Origin: a virus
Length of the DNA: 37,654 nt
Direction: 5' to 3' (one strand)
IMG/VR virus record: IMGVR_UViG_3300014774_000003
Coordinates: 1-37,654 of that record
Both the position numbers and the translations under genes were made by a program. Positions within the stretch are counted from its first letter, which is position 1, and each line of letters opens with the position of its first letter. Under the pieces are notes generated by a model. The model was not told where the DNA came from and made no database searches. It worked only from the letters and a program-made list of their open reading frames with translations. Positions 8,529 through 17,316 of the stretch are shown in pieces.

Positions 8529-11500
8529 ATGAATATTGATATTTTATTGGCTGGTTTTGATGCGTCTCAAATTGAGCAAATTGGATCTATTTTCTGGTTG
8601 GCTATTGGTGCTCTTGTTCTTTCTGTCGCTGTTGGCGTGTATACCTTCCTGCAAATGCGGAAGATGCAGAAAAAGAACCAGCCTAAGCCAAATCAGCTGG
8701 ATGGCACCATTGCGGATGAAGGTATTTCATTTTATGACTTGGCTGGTAGTCCGCATGTGCACACCAATATCACTGATATGTGGGATAAAACAACCAGCGC
8801 AATTAAACAAAAAAGCGGTGGTTTCTTGGGTATTGGCAGCTCATCTCAAGTTACTGGATATCGTTATTACGCAAAGTTTGCGGCATTCATCGGCAATCGG
8901 ATTGAGAAACTTTTAGCTATCAACTTTGATAACCGTGGCTGGATTGTAAAAGATAAGGATGATGCAAGCCCGTACCTGGAAATCATCAAGCCATCACTTT
9001 ACGGTGAAAATGAAGGTGGGGTTGCCGGAATTATTGATATTGAAGTGGGTACACCAGATCAAGAGCCAAACAAAACATATCAAAAATATTTTCCTTTGGT
9101 TTCGGGTTATCCATATCAGTCTTATTTGGTTTTTCGTGGGCTTGGTGCTGTTAAGCCTAATGGTAGTCTGATTGGTGGGGTGGTTAGCGCATTACAAGCC
9201 TATCGCCACGATTCATTTTACCTCGGCAACTCAGGCTACATGAAAGAGATGTTGTTATGGGTGAAGCGTACACGAGTTAGAAATGATGGGCGTGAGCAGT
9301 GGTATAAAGTTCGGGGTGATGGCGCAGTTGTTTGTGAGATTGATGCAACTTTAATTCCTCGTGACTATCTGGATCTTGTAACACGTGTTGAGGTAAATCC
9401 ACCACAAAACAAATGGTATGGGACATCCAACCAGGATGATCAATATCATGAATTTACACAAAAAGGCCTAATAAGTGGATATGTACATGATTTTTATCCA
9501 CAATTTGGCGGTTATGGTAAAGAGGGTCGTGTAAAAACCACTTTTCCGGATTTAAATGGTTTAGTAGTGGAGATTGAAATCTGGGGGGATGATGGGATTT
9601 CATTTTTTGACTGGAGGGGTGGTGGGTTCACACTGGTGCGCGAGTGGTCACAAACAAGTTATATCACTTGCCGAAAATATTGGATTATTTTTGATCCATT
9701 GTTTCCTGATAAAAGTTTAAGTTTTGGTATTACCGACCAAATTCCGGCCGGTTCAAATTCAAATCATAAGTGCGTTATTTGGGCGAGGCTTGTTCTTGAT
9801 CCATGGACTGGCCCGGGCAACGATGGCGATAATGAAGCTGTTGATATAAACCCAATTCACAAGATTCGTGAAATCCTCACAGACGACACAGCAATGAGTA
9901 AGCCTGAGGCTGACATTAATGATGCTAATTTTATGAAAGCTGCTGATCAAATCTGGAATGAGGGGTTGGGGGTTTCATGGGCGATTGATGAGAAGTCATG
10001 CCTCGAAGCCATTGAAGAGCTTTGTTATCACGTTGAGGCAGGTATCAGGGTTAACCGTCAGACTGGACTTTATGAAATGGTTTTATTCCGTGATGACTGG
10101 TTTGAAGAAAATGAGATTCATGATATTTCAGAAAACAAAATCAAGGATTTGTCACTTGAGGTGATGAATAGTGACGACATTGTGAATCAACTCAATGTCA
10201 CTTATTACGACCGTGAGCGCATCAAAAATTCTACTTTTTCAGTTTATGAGAATGGCTCTATTTTAACAATGGGTCATGCAAATGCTGAGTCAGTTGAGTT
10301 TCCGTATTTCATGAATATGCGAAATGCTGAGATTGTATCGAACTGGAAGTTAAAGCAGTTCTCCACACCAGCATGGTCTGGCAGCTTCACAACTGGCTGG
10401 AAAGAGGCGCGGAAATGGAACCGCTATGACTTGATTCGATTGCCGTGGTCGAGCAAGTGGAATGGTACTATTCTGGTAAGAATCATGAAAATCAATCTTG
10501 GAAATGGTACTGATAATACTGTGACGATTGATTTTGAGGAAGTAATTCCATATTCGGGAGAAATGAACACTTCGATTGTTGTTGATAGTCCTGTTGACTC
10601 TGGTATAAAGCCACCACAACCGAGCGTTAATGCAGTATTTGAAGCCCCGTATTATCTAACTGTGCTTCGTGCTGGCCAGACAAGTGCTGATTTGGAATTA
10701 TCAAACAATCCAGATATTGGCTATGTCGCAGCAATTGCGGCAAAACCGCAAAGCAATTCACTTAATGCATTACTTTATACGGATGGTGGGACAGGTGAAT
10801 TTGAACAAGTTTCTCGCCTTGATTACTGCGAAATTTTGCAACTGGATCAGCCGATTATTGAGACAACCGCATCATTTACAGTTACTGGCGTATTAACTCA
10901 AACAGCAAACTCGAATAATTTAATCTTGTTAAATGATGAATTAATGGGGTTTGTGAGCTTTGATACTGAAACGAAAGTTTTAACAGTGAAGCGCGGTGTT
11001 CTAGATACTATTCCGAAAAAGCACAATTCTGGCAATTTATTTGTTTTTGATTTACCTGATGTTGCTTTTGATTCCACCCAATACGCACAAAGTGAAATTG
11101 TTGAGGCACAAGTTTTAACAACAACGCCGAGTGGGATCCAAGAGCTTGCAGTGACAGGTATGCCGGTTGAAATTCAGGCGCGTGCAATCCGACCTTACCC
11201 TCCAGCAAATGTCAAAATTAATGGGGAGTATTTCCCTGTCGAAATTGAAACTGACTTGGTTATTACATGGGTGGATCGAAACCGCATTCAGCAAACGGGT
11301 GGTGAAATGCTAGGCTGGTTTGATGCCGCTGTAATGATTGAGCCAAGCACTCAAACGCATTTAATTCTGACGCAGTTAGATGAAAATGACATTGAACTTG
11401 CGACAACAAATGCAAACGTTACGGGCACCACAAGTTATACGATGTCAATTTCAACGATGCAAGCTAATACGCGATTTGTGAAAGTTACAATTAAAACTGT

Positions 11501-11603
11501 GCGAGATGGCTATGAGTGCTTAAATCCATTTGCGCATACAGTTGAATTATCACAATTCTTCTCAGCACCTTACGACTTAACAGTTGAGTTTAAAAATGAC
11601 TAA
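8529..11603 (+). CDS. Host specificity / central tail fibre protein (GTA ORFg15 / Phage-tail_3-like)
   Basis: 1024 aa. The GGFLGIGSSSQVTGYRYYAKFAAFIGN motif is typical of this family. It has an N-terminal hydrophobic helix IFWLAIGALVLSVAVGVYTFL. Confidence 0.7.
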   Translation: MNIDILLAGFDASQIEQIGSIFWLAIGALVLSVAVGVYTFLQMRKMQKKNQPKPNQLDGTIADEGISFYDLAGSPHVHTNITDMWDKTTSAIKQKSGGFLGIGSSSQVTGYRYYAKFAAFIGNRIEKLLAINFDNRGWIVKDKDDASPYLEIIKPSLYGENEGGVAGIIDIEVGTPDQEPNKTYQKYFPLVSGYPYQSYLVFRGLGAVKPNGSLIGGVVSALQAYRHDSFYLGNSGYMKEMLLWVKRTRVRNDGREQWYKVRGDGAVVCEIDATLIPRDYLDLVTRVEVNPPQNKWYGTSNQDDQYHEFTQKGLISGYVHDFYPQFGGYGKEGRVKTTFPDLNGLVVEIEIWGDDGISFFDWRGGGFTLVREWSQTSYITCRKYWIIFDPLFPDKSLSFGITDQIPAGSNSNHKCVIWARLVLDPWTGPGNDGDNEAVDINPIHKIREILTDDTAMSKPEADINDANFMKAADQIWNEGLGVSWAIDEKSCLEAIEELCYHVEAGIRVNRQTGLYEMVLFRDDWFEENEIHDISENKIKDLSLEVMNSDDIVNQLNVTYYDRERIKNSTFSVYENGSILTMGHANAESVEFPYFMNMRNAEIVSNWKLKQFSTPAWSGSFTTGWKEARKWNRYDLIRLPWSSKWNGTILVRIMKINLGNGTDNTVTIDFEEVIPYSGEMNTSIVVDSPVDSGIKPPQPSVNAVFEAPYYLTVLRAGQTSADLELSNNPDIGYVAAIAAKPQSNSLNALLYTDGGTGEFEQVSRLDYCEILQLDQPIIETTASFTVTGVLTQTANSNNLILLNDELMGFVSFDTETKVLTVKRGVLDTIPKKHNSGNLFVFDLPDVAFDSTQYAQSEIVEAQVLTTTPSGIQELAVTGMPVEIQARAIRPYPPANVKINGEYFPVEIETDLVITWVDRNRIQQTGGEMLGWFDAAVMIEPSTQTHLILTQLDENDIELATTNANVTGTTSYTMSISTMQANTRFVKVTIKTVRDGYECLNPFAHTVELSQFFSAPYDLTVEFKND

Positions 11604-12414
11604 TCGTTTAGAGCTAAATTGGAAATTAGATGGATTTGTGGACGAGCAGCATTATTACTGCTCCGAAACACCGATTGATCCTGAAATTTTGCCAGTACCG
11701 AAAGCTATTTTAGCGGGTGATTTGCGAACATATGTTGATACTGATATTGAAGTTGGAAAAACATATTATGTCTGTGTTGGCTCTGTGAAAAATGGGGTTG
11801 AGAAACTTAGTGATGAGAAGATTGTAGTAGCATCCCAATTCACAACAGTTGCGCTGCTTAAGTTTGACGGAAACTTAAATGATGAAACTGGGAGGCTATT
11901 TACAAGCGTTGGAACTACAAACTTTGGTTTAGACGCAAATGGACAGTATGCAATTTTTTCAGGAAACTATATTTATACAAATCACAGTAATGATTTTGAT
12001 TTTGCGAATGATTTTAGAATAGAGGTGGATGCTAAATTTTTATCACTTCCTAATAATGGCGCATCAGCGTTGCTTGGCACATATTTAAATAATGATGGGT
12101 GGGTTTTTCAATTTAGGAATGATGGTGGTCTTGGAAATAGGCTTAGGTTTGCAATAGGCGACCCAGCTTACGCTGATTTTGCTTTCACTCCAACTTTAAA
12201 CCAATTGTACAGATTTAAAGTTGAAAGACTGGACGGCTATATTGTATGCAAAGTCGATGATGTACAGGTTGGATCTTCTACATATTTACCCAACAATATA
12301 CAAGCTAATACCGCGGGAGCGCTGAATATTGGAGTGCTTAGATATATTTCATCTGTAATTCAGGTATTTAATGGTTATATCTATAAGATTAAAATAGATA
12401 AAAGAAATAGTTAA
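11596..12414 (+). CDS. Tail fibre-like protein with LamG / concanavalin-A-like lectin domain
   Basis: ATG 11596 overlaps the upstream stop by 8 nt. The FDGNLNDETGR ... GDPAYADFAFTPTLNQLYRFKVER pattern resembles LamG_3. Confidence 0.55.
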   Translation: MTNRLELNWKLDGFVDEQHYYCSETPIDPEILPVPKAILAGDLRTYVDTDIEVGKTYYVCVGSVKNGVEKLSDEKIVVASQFTTVALLKFDGNLNDETGRLFTSVGTTNFGLDANGQYAIFSGNYIYTNHSNDFDFANDFRIEVDAKFLSLPNNGASALLGTYLNNDGWVFQFRNDGGLGNRLRFAIGDPAYADFAFTPTLNQLYRFKVERLDGYIVCKVDDVQVGSSTYLPNNIQANTAGALNIGVLRYISSVIQVFNGYIYKIKIDKRNS

Positions 12415-12473
12415 CGCATAGCACCACCCTCGGGTGCTGTTGTGCAAATAGAAGTTAAAGTCTCAACCACAAG

Positions 12474-12493
12474 GCACCTTCGGGTGCTTTTCT
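12474..12493 (+). terminator. Intrinsic terminator (second of two GCACC/GGTGC hairpins) after the tail genes
   Basis: GCACC-TTCG-GGTGC followed by TTTTCT. A related hairpin AGCACC-ACCCTCG-GGTGCT at 12420..12438 lacks a T run. Confidence 0.65.
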
Positions 12494-12516
12494 ATTACCA
12501 AAATTTAGGGGGCGCA

Positions 12517-13074
12517 ATGTCAAATGACTACTCATCTGACCCACCAGTAGCAACAGCAGGGCAACTTCTTGCCATCTCAGACAAGATTAATGATCTTGGA
12601 AAAAGTATGGATAAGTTGGCTGAACTACCCCAAAAGCTTGACCGCATGAATATGCAGTTAGAGCAAGTAAACAAGGAGCATCAACAAACACGGAGTGACT
12701 TAAGTCAAACCCGGGATAATCTGCAAGATGACTTAGATCGAGCCAAGTCAAACTTCAAAAGCGAGATCAAGCAGGTTCGAAATGAGATTGATCCAAAGTT
12801 CAAAGAAATGGATATGCAGATCAGGGTGTTAAGTGAAAGTAAAACAAAGATTGATAACACCACAAGTCTTGTGCGCTTTGGTGGTATTTTCTTGGCTGGC
12901 CTATTTGTAGTCGCTTGGAATACTCAAACGAGCAAAACAGACACGGTAAATACTCAAACCATGGCAAATAGCCAGTCCATTCAAGTCCTTGAAAAACAAT
13001 CCGACCAACTTTTAAGAACAGTTGAAGAAATCCGCAACAAACTTTATGAACGAAATATGAGAGAGGAAAAATGA
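12517..13074 (+). CDS. Coiled-coil membrane protein, possible lysis-associated (holin-like or regulator)
   Basis: AGGGGG SD precedes ATG 12517. The track start 12442 would read through the terminator hairpin. There is one hydrophobic helix, FGGIFLAGLFVVAW, about 135 aa in. ATGA-coupled to the endolysin gene. Confidence 0.4.
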   Translation: MSNDYSSDPPVATAGQLLAISDKINDLGKSMDKLAELPQKLDRMNMQLEQVNKEHQQTRSDLSQTRDNLQDDLDRAKSNFKSEIKQVRNEIDPKFKEMDMQIRVLSESKTKIDNTTSLVRFGGIFLAGLFVVAWNTQTSKTDTVNTQTMANSQSIQVLEKQSDQLLRTVEEIRNKLYERNMREEK

Positions 13075-13838
13075 AATTCTTACAAGAAAACGTGCTGAAG
13101 TATACCAGCGTTAAATGGCCCCTAATTGGGGCTTTTTTATTGGGTGTAATTCCTGTTTTACTGCAGGAAGGGATTAACACACAGCTTATCCCAGCTGAAT
13201 ACCATTCACTGATTTTAACCATTGTTTTGCCTGCGCTGGCTTACTTTGGGAAAAAGAAATATCAACCCGAATTACATCCCGAGCCAACACTTTTAGGCTT
13301 TGCAAAACTCCCGGTTGACTCGATCACTTTTGATGAAGCATTCCGACGGCTTATTGGCCATGAAGGTGGCTATACCACAGACCGACGCGATGCAGGCAAC
13401 TGGACCGGTGGCAAGGTGGGGGTGGGTGTATTAAAAGGGACTAAATATGGGATTGCTGCAAATACCTACCCGAATTTAGATATTAAAAACTTATCACTTG
13501 CTCAAGCCAAAGAGATCTACAAAAAAGACTGGTGGGATAAATTGGGCGGCAATGGTCTGCATTCTGCGATTACATTCCAGCTCTGGGATTTTGCGATTAA
13601 TGCCGGCAAGAAACGAGCGATTCAGGAATTGCAGCAAGCGGTTGGTGTAACTGCGGACGGTATCATTGGTCCTAAAACTATGGAAGCTGTGAATGCTCAA
13701 GACCTAAATGATGTGATTCTAACTTTGACTGCTGAGCGGTTAAGGTTTTATACCTCACTAAAAACATGGCCAACATGGGGCAAAGGCTGGACTAATCGTG
13801 TTGCTGATAACCTGAAATATGCAGCTCAAGATAATTAG
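13071..13838 (+). CDS. Endolysin: GH108 lysozyme plus PG_binding_3, with a two-helix N-terminal membrane extension
   Basis: GHEGGYTTDRRDAGNWTGG and GTKYGI (GH108). GVTADGIIGPKT ... WGKGWTNR (PG_binding_3). N-terminal helices WPLIGAFLLGVIPVLL and LILTIVLPALAYFG. Confidence 0.8.
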   Translation: MKFLQENVLKYTSVKWPLIGAFLLGVIPVLLQEGINTQLIPAEYHSLILTIVLPALAYFGKKKYQPELHPEPTLLGFAKLPVDSITFDEAFRRLIGHEGGYTTDRRDAGNWTGGKVGVGVLKGTKYGIAANTYPNLDIKNLSLAQAKEIYKKDWWDKLGGNGLHSAITFQLWDFAINAGKKRAIQELQQAVGVTADGIIGPKTMEAVNAQDLNDVILTLTAERLRFYTSLKTWPTWGKGWTNRVADNLKYAAQDN

Positions 13839-13882
13839 CCTCTATTCACCAGAAAATCAATATTCTAATAAAACAAATAAAT

Positions 13883-13908
13883 GCCCTCACATGAGGGCTT
13901 TGTTTTTT
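13883..13908. terminator. Bidirectional intrinsic terminator between the lysis operon and int
   Basis: GCCCTC-ACAT-GAGGGC hairpin, with a T run on the + side and an A run on the 5' side (a T run for the minus strand). Confidence 0.7.
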
Positions 13909-14009
13909 ACTTTAATAAATAATTCCTCAAACCCCACCCAGACTCCTTCCTAAAAACATCTCCATTCTTAATCGTGTGCTCTATATAAAAGTAGGTCCAT
14001 GTTTTCATT

Positions 14010-14996
14010 TTAATCCAACCTATTTGCAATCTCTGATGCAGTTGCATTGTAATAAATCATCAGGCTTCTTAAATCCTTATGCCCGATCATCCGCGCCAAA
14101 TCCAATACTTCCAATTTCTGAGCAAGCCTTGTGCATGCTTCATGTCTTGAGTCGTGAAAATGTAAATCCTCAATTTCACACTTATCTCGCAACTTTCTCC
14201 AAAGTGTATCAAAGCTCGAATCTTTCACCGTAAATACCTGATGACTGCCAACACCTTTCATAAGCTCAAGCAATTCAACAGCACGCTTGGACAGAGGTAC
14301 ATGTCGTTTTGTTCCATTCTTGGTTTCATTCAAAGTCACATATCTATTCTTTAAATAAACCCGATCCCAAGTCAGGCCGCGAATTTCACCAGCACGCATT
14401 GCAGTTTCAATCGCCAAAAGAAAAGCAATCATAATTTGCTGTGTAAAATTCTCGGGTGCCTGATCATCAAACTCAGCAGCCAGACAAAGCCTGTAAATTT
14501 CATCCTCCGATATACGTCTATCTCGATGTGCTGGCGGTGGTGGCATCTTTAAATCACTCATGGGTGAATCATAAACCCACTTCCATTCCGTGCGCGCTAC
14601 TGTAAACAAGGCTGACAGTATGTTGCCCTCACGTCGTACCGAGGCCGGCTTGACTGTTTTTAATCTGGTATCACGCCACACCACAAAATCATCAGTCGTA
14701 ATTTTAGCAATATGTTTTTTGGCAATCTTTGGGAAGTTTCTCTGGAATGCTCGGAATCTCTTAATCTCTGCATCACAGCCTTTGTGCTTTGGACACACTT
14801 CTTCTATGTATCTATCAATTGCACAATTTAATGTATAATCAGGAAGCTTTCCGCGTGATAACTCTCTTAATTCAGTTTCACGTTTTGATGCCCATGCGCG
14901 AGCCTGAGTCTTAGTGTCGAATGTCGCACTTTCCCGAGTACCATTCACACTAATCTCAACTCGCCAAGCATCACCCCTTTGTCTAAAGGTGGCCAT
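14010..14996 (-). CDS. int: Tyrosine integrase
   Basis: 328 aa. MATFRQRGDAWRVEISVNG N-terminal arm/SAM-like region. Catalytic boxes AGEIRGLTW, HFHDSRHEACTRL and GHKDLRSLMIYY. Confidence 0.9.
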   Translation of the reverse strand: MATFRQRGDAWRVEISVNGTRESATFDTKTQARAWASKRETELRELSRGKLPDYTLNCAIDRYIEEVCPKHKGCDAEIKRFRAFQRNFPKIAKKHIAKITTDDFVVWRDTRLKTVKPASVRREGNILSALFTVARTEWKWVYDSPMSDLKMPPPPAHRDRRISEDEIYRLCLAAEFDDQAPENFTQQIMIAFLLAIETAMRAGEIRGLTWDRVYLKNRYVTLNETKNGTKRHVPLSKRAVELLELMKGVGSHQVFTVKDSSFDTLWRKLRDKCEIEDLHFHDSRHEACTRLAQKLEVLDLARMIGHKDLRSLMIYYNATASEIANRLD

Positions 14997-15017
14997 AAAT
15001 TCTCTCTCAAAATGTCG

Positions 15018-15245
15018 TGGCGTAAATTTGGCGTAATCAATATAGAATGAATAATAGGGAATAATAAGGAAACATTAAACTATTTAATTAATGAGCCACA
15101 CTTAAACCTATAAAATTAAAGAAAAAATAAGGAAAACTAGGGAATAATAAGGAAACCGCAAATTTCGGAAAGTGCCCGCTGAGCGCACCACTACTACCTA
15201 TAAAATCAATAACTTATAATACCTTTGGCGTAATTCTGGCGTAAT
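15018..15245. other. Repeat-rich candidate attP / int regulatory region
   Basis: TGGCGTAA occurs four times as two 11-bp-spaced pairs (15018, 15029; 15226, 15237). The 19-mer TAGGGAATAATAAGGAAAC occurs twice (15055, 15138), with a partial copy at 15126. ACCTATAAAAT occurs twice (15106, 15196). A GC-rich island CCCGCTGAGCGCACCA lies at 15175..15190. Confidence 0.45.
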
Positions 15246-15260
15246 CCATATTTTAATCAA

Positions 15261-15286
15261 GAAAAACCCCGCTATATTTTGCGGGG
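15261..15286 (-). terminator. Intrinsic terminator at the end of the Xis-like gene
   Basis: The minus strand reads CCCCGC-AAAATATA-GCGGGG followed by TTTTTC. Confidence 0.6.
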
Positions 15287-15538
15287 TCTGCCTACTGCTT
15301 TTTTTAAATCTTCCGGCCTGCTTTCCAACCAGTCAGATAATTTTTTAAGGTTCCATCTTCGGCCTTTTGTGGTTTCTGTAATGTATCTTGGTTTTGGAAA
15401 ACCTTTCAAGCAAATAATGGATGATTTGAAATACACACCACCATATCCTAAAAATTCTGCCGCCTGATCATCTGTCAACCAAATGTCTGAAGGTGGCAGG
15501 GCAACAATAAAGTTACCCATATTTGCCATTGCTGTCAT
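15272..15538 (-). CDS. Excisionase-like small DNA-binding protein
   Basis: 88 aa. WLTDDQAAEFLGYGGVYF is HTH-like, with a basic tail GRPRKI. Lies immediately upstream of int and is ATGA-coupled. Confidence 0.5.
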   Translation of the reverse strand: MTAMANMGNFIVALPPSDIWLTDDQAAEFLGYGGVYFKSSIICLKGFPKPRYITETTKGRRWNLKKLSDWLESRPEDLKKAVGRPRKI

Positions 15539-15867
15539 TGATTCACCTCCAATCTTCTACCTGCTTTGATTTCCGCATCTGTGGCGTGGCGAACTCTATC
15601 CAGAGCCACATGACCGTAATCACTTTCAGATTCAAAAAAATGTAAATCCATTTTCTCGCTATATGCGTCATACGTATAAATTTCAGAAAATTGGTCAGGC
15701 CTTTTTAAAACCACCTTATCCCCAACCTCAAAAATATTGTGCTGGCGGCGGTATTCGAGAAGTTGCTTGTCCAGCTCATCGTAATTTAAAAAGTTCAAAA
15801 GTTTCACGGGTGCATTGGCTTCAGCTTTAGCGCACCCATACCCACCCAATTGCTCAATTAGATTCAA
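15535..15867 (-). CDS. Hypothetical protein
   Basis: TTG start overlaps the upstream TGA, with a GGAGA SD. No motif recognised. Confidence 0.5.
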   Translation of the reverse strand: MNLIEQLGGYGCAKAEANAPVKLLNFLNYDELDKQLLEYRRQHNIFEVGDKVVLKRPDQFSEIYTYDAYSEKMDLHFFESESDYGHVALDRVRHATDAEIKAGRRLEVNQ

Positions 15868-16226
15868 GACACTTCTCCCAACGACTTCACCACACCACTC
15901 GGCAACCCAAACACATCTTTAAAAGCCTTATCAAATTCACCGCTTGCAATGAATTGATCAATATCAGAACTTGGATGGTCGTGCTCCTTTATATAACTGC
16001 TCAATGCTTGATATATACCGTTTGAATTTCCCTTTGTTACACCGACATGAATCTTGTCACCGATGTTCTTGACTGGAAATCCAACATCAAGATTTGAAGC
16101 ATCAATGATTTCCATAAATGGCACGAATTCGTCCTGATTAAAAATCAGATCAAATGGCATTTCTTTATGCAGCTCATCACAAACATAGTTCGCCAATTGA
16201 AGTTTGGTTAATTGAATTTCAGTCAT
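15864..16226 (-). CDS. Hypothetical protein
   Basis: GGAGGA SD sits 8 nt before ATG 16226 (MTEIQLTKLQ...). Overlaps the upstream stop by 8 nt. Confidence 0.55.
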   Translation of the reverse strand: MTEIQLTKLQLANYVCDELHKEMPFDLIFNQDEFVPFMEIIDASNLDVGFPVKNIGDKIHVGVTKGNSNGIYQALSSYIKEHDHPSSDIDQFIASGEFDKAFKDVFGLPSGVVKSLGEVS

Positions 16227-16725
16227 TGGCTTCATCCTCCACATCAGCTTTTCGATACTCACTACCCAGAATCTCAATAGCTACTGGTGCAACCTTTAGC
16301 GATGTTTCGAACTTAAAATATTCGCCCTTTTTCCAAGACAAACCATAACCAGAACCCCAAGGCAAAACTTCTTCAGCCAGAATAATCTTATTCAGCTCGT
16401 CGTAGGTCATGGACCTTGGCTTCATGGCATCATATTCAGCCTTGTGCTCCTTGGCAGTAGCGCGAGGCAAAATAGCTAAATAACCACTTTTATGCTTTGA
16501 TGTTTTCCATTTTGTTTTATCAATTTCAGCCTTTGGGTCTGCTGACATATTGAAGAAACGAAGACCATTTTGAATGCTGTCATGTGTTTGGTGCATCTCA
16601 AAACCATAGTGCTTACAGAGCTTTGTGACTTGCTCATAAAAGGCATCGCGTTTATCCATGAAGGCATCAATTTTTGCCAAGGTTTCAGCATCTTCAATTT
16701 TGTAAAAACAAGTTTGCTTAGTCAT
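16219..16725 (-). CDS. Hypothetical protein
   Basis: AGGAG SD precedes ATG 16725 (MTKQTCFYKIE...). Has the same GCCAATGACT junction as the next gene. Confidence 0.55.
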   Translation of the reverse strand: MTKQTCFYKIEDAETLAKIDAFMDKRDAFYEQVTKLCKHYGFEMHQTHDSIQNGLRFFNMSADPKAEIDKTKWKTSKHKSGYLAILPRATAKEHKAEYDAMKPRSMTYDELNKIILAEEVLPWGSGYGLSWKKGEYFKFETSLKVAPVAIEILGSEYRKADVEDEAND

Positions 16726-17086
16726 TGGCTGGCTCCTGTGCTTCACTGACATTGAAATAAGCATTAATTTCACAGCCTAAATTATGCGCATACCCTCTAG
16801 CTTCAAAGCACTCAGGGCAACCGTATTGCTCGGCATAATTGGCCATGTGGCCCCATTGGCTCATTTGCTCAGCAGAAACCAAAACAAAACCCTCAGGCAC
16901 CGCTTGGGCTTCCTTGACATCCAAGTGCAACATGCCAATACATGCGCACCAAGTCGTCCACTGGCGGTTAATGCTCTCAACACCATCTCCGGTGTATAGC
17001 TTTTTATCTTCATCAAAGCCAAACAGTTTTGCTTTTGGGTGCATCCCTTCAAAATCACCACGTCTTAAGTCAATTTGAATATCCAT
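16718..17086 (-). CDS. Hypothetical protein
   Basis: TGATG overlap with the upstream gene, with a GAGGTGGTG SD. Confidence 0.55.
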   Translation of the reverse strand: MDIQIDLRRGDFEGMHPKAKLFGFDEDKKLYTGDGVESINRQWTTWCACIGMLHLDVKEAQAVPEGFVLVSAEQMSQWGHMANYAEQYGCPECFEARGYAHNLGCEINAYFNVSEAQEPAND

Positions 17087-17316
17087 CACACCACCTCAAA
17101 AGGCTTATATTTCTTAAATTCTTCAAACAATTGAGTCGCTGGCTTGTTCAATCGGCCAGTGCCTGCAATCACCACATCACGCGGAAAGTTCTTATTCACC
17201 ACTTCACAAAAGAAGCGAACGCCATGCTGATTGACCGTTGCTCTGTAACCAATGCTAAGCAGCCAGATAATGAATGCTTCAGTCATGAGCGGATGGACTA
17301 GGGTTGGTTTTTTCAT
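17086..17316 (-). CDS. Hypothetical protein
   Basis: AGGAGG SD. ATGA overlap with the exo stop. Confidence 0.55.
   Translation of the reverse strand: MKKPTLVHPLMTEAFIIWLLSIGYRATVNQHGVRFFCEVVNKNFPRDVVIAGTGRLNKPATQLFEEFKKYKPFEVV

Noticed and set aside
8536-9171. Alternative-frame plus ORFs (8536..8916; 8959..9171) in the host-specificity gene
   Set aside because: They are embedded in a 1024-aa ORF with recognisable family motifs. Their products are Cys/Leu/Trp-rich nonsense typical of off-frame translation.
11596-12414. LamG fibre-like gene as the target of a diversity-generating retroelement
   Set aside because: No reverse transcriptase gene and no template/variable repeat pair could be found anywhere in the window.
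13976-14838. Plus-strand ORFs 13976..14233 and 14590..14838
   Set aside because: Both are antisense to the integrase gene, whose catalytic motifs are clear.
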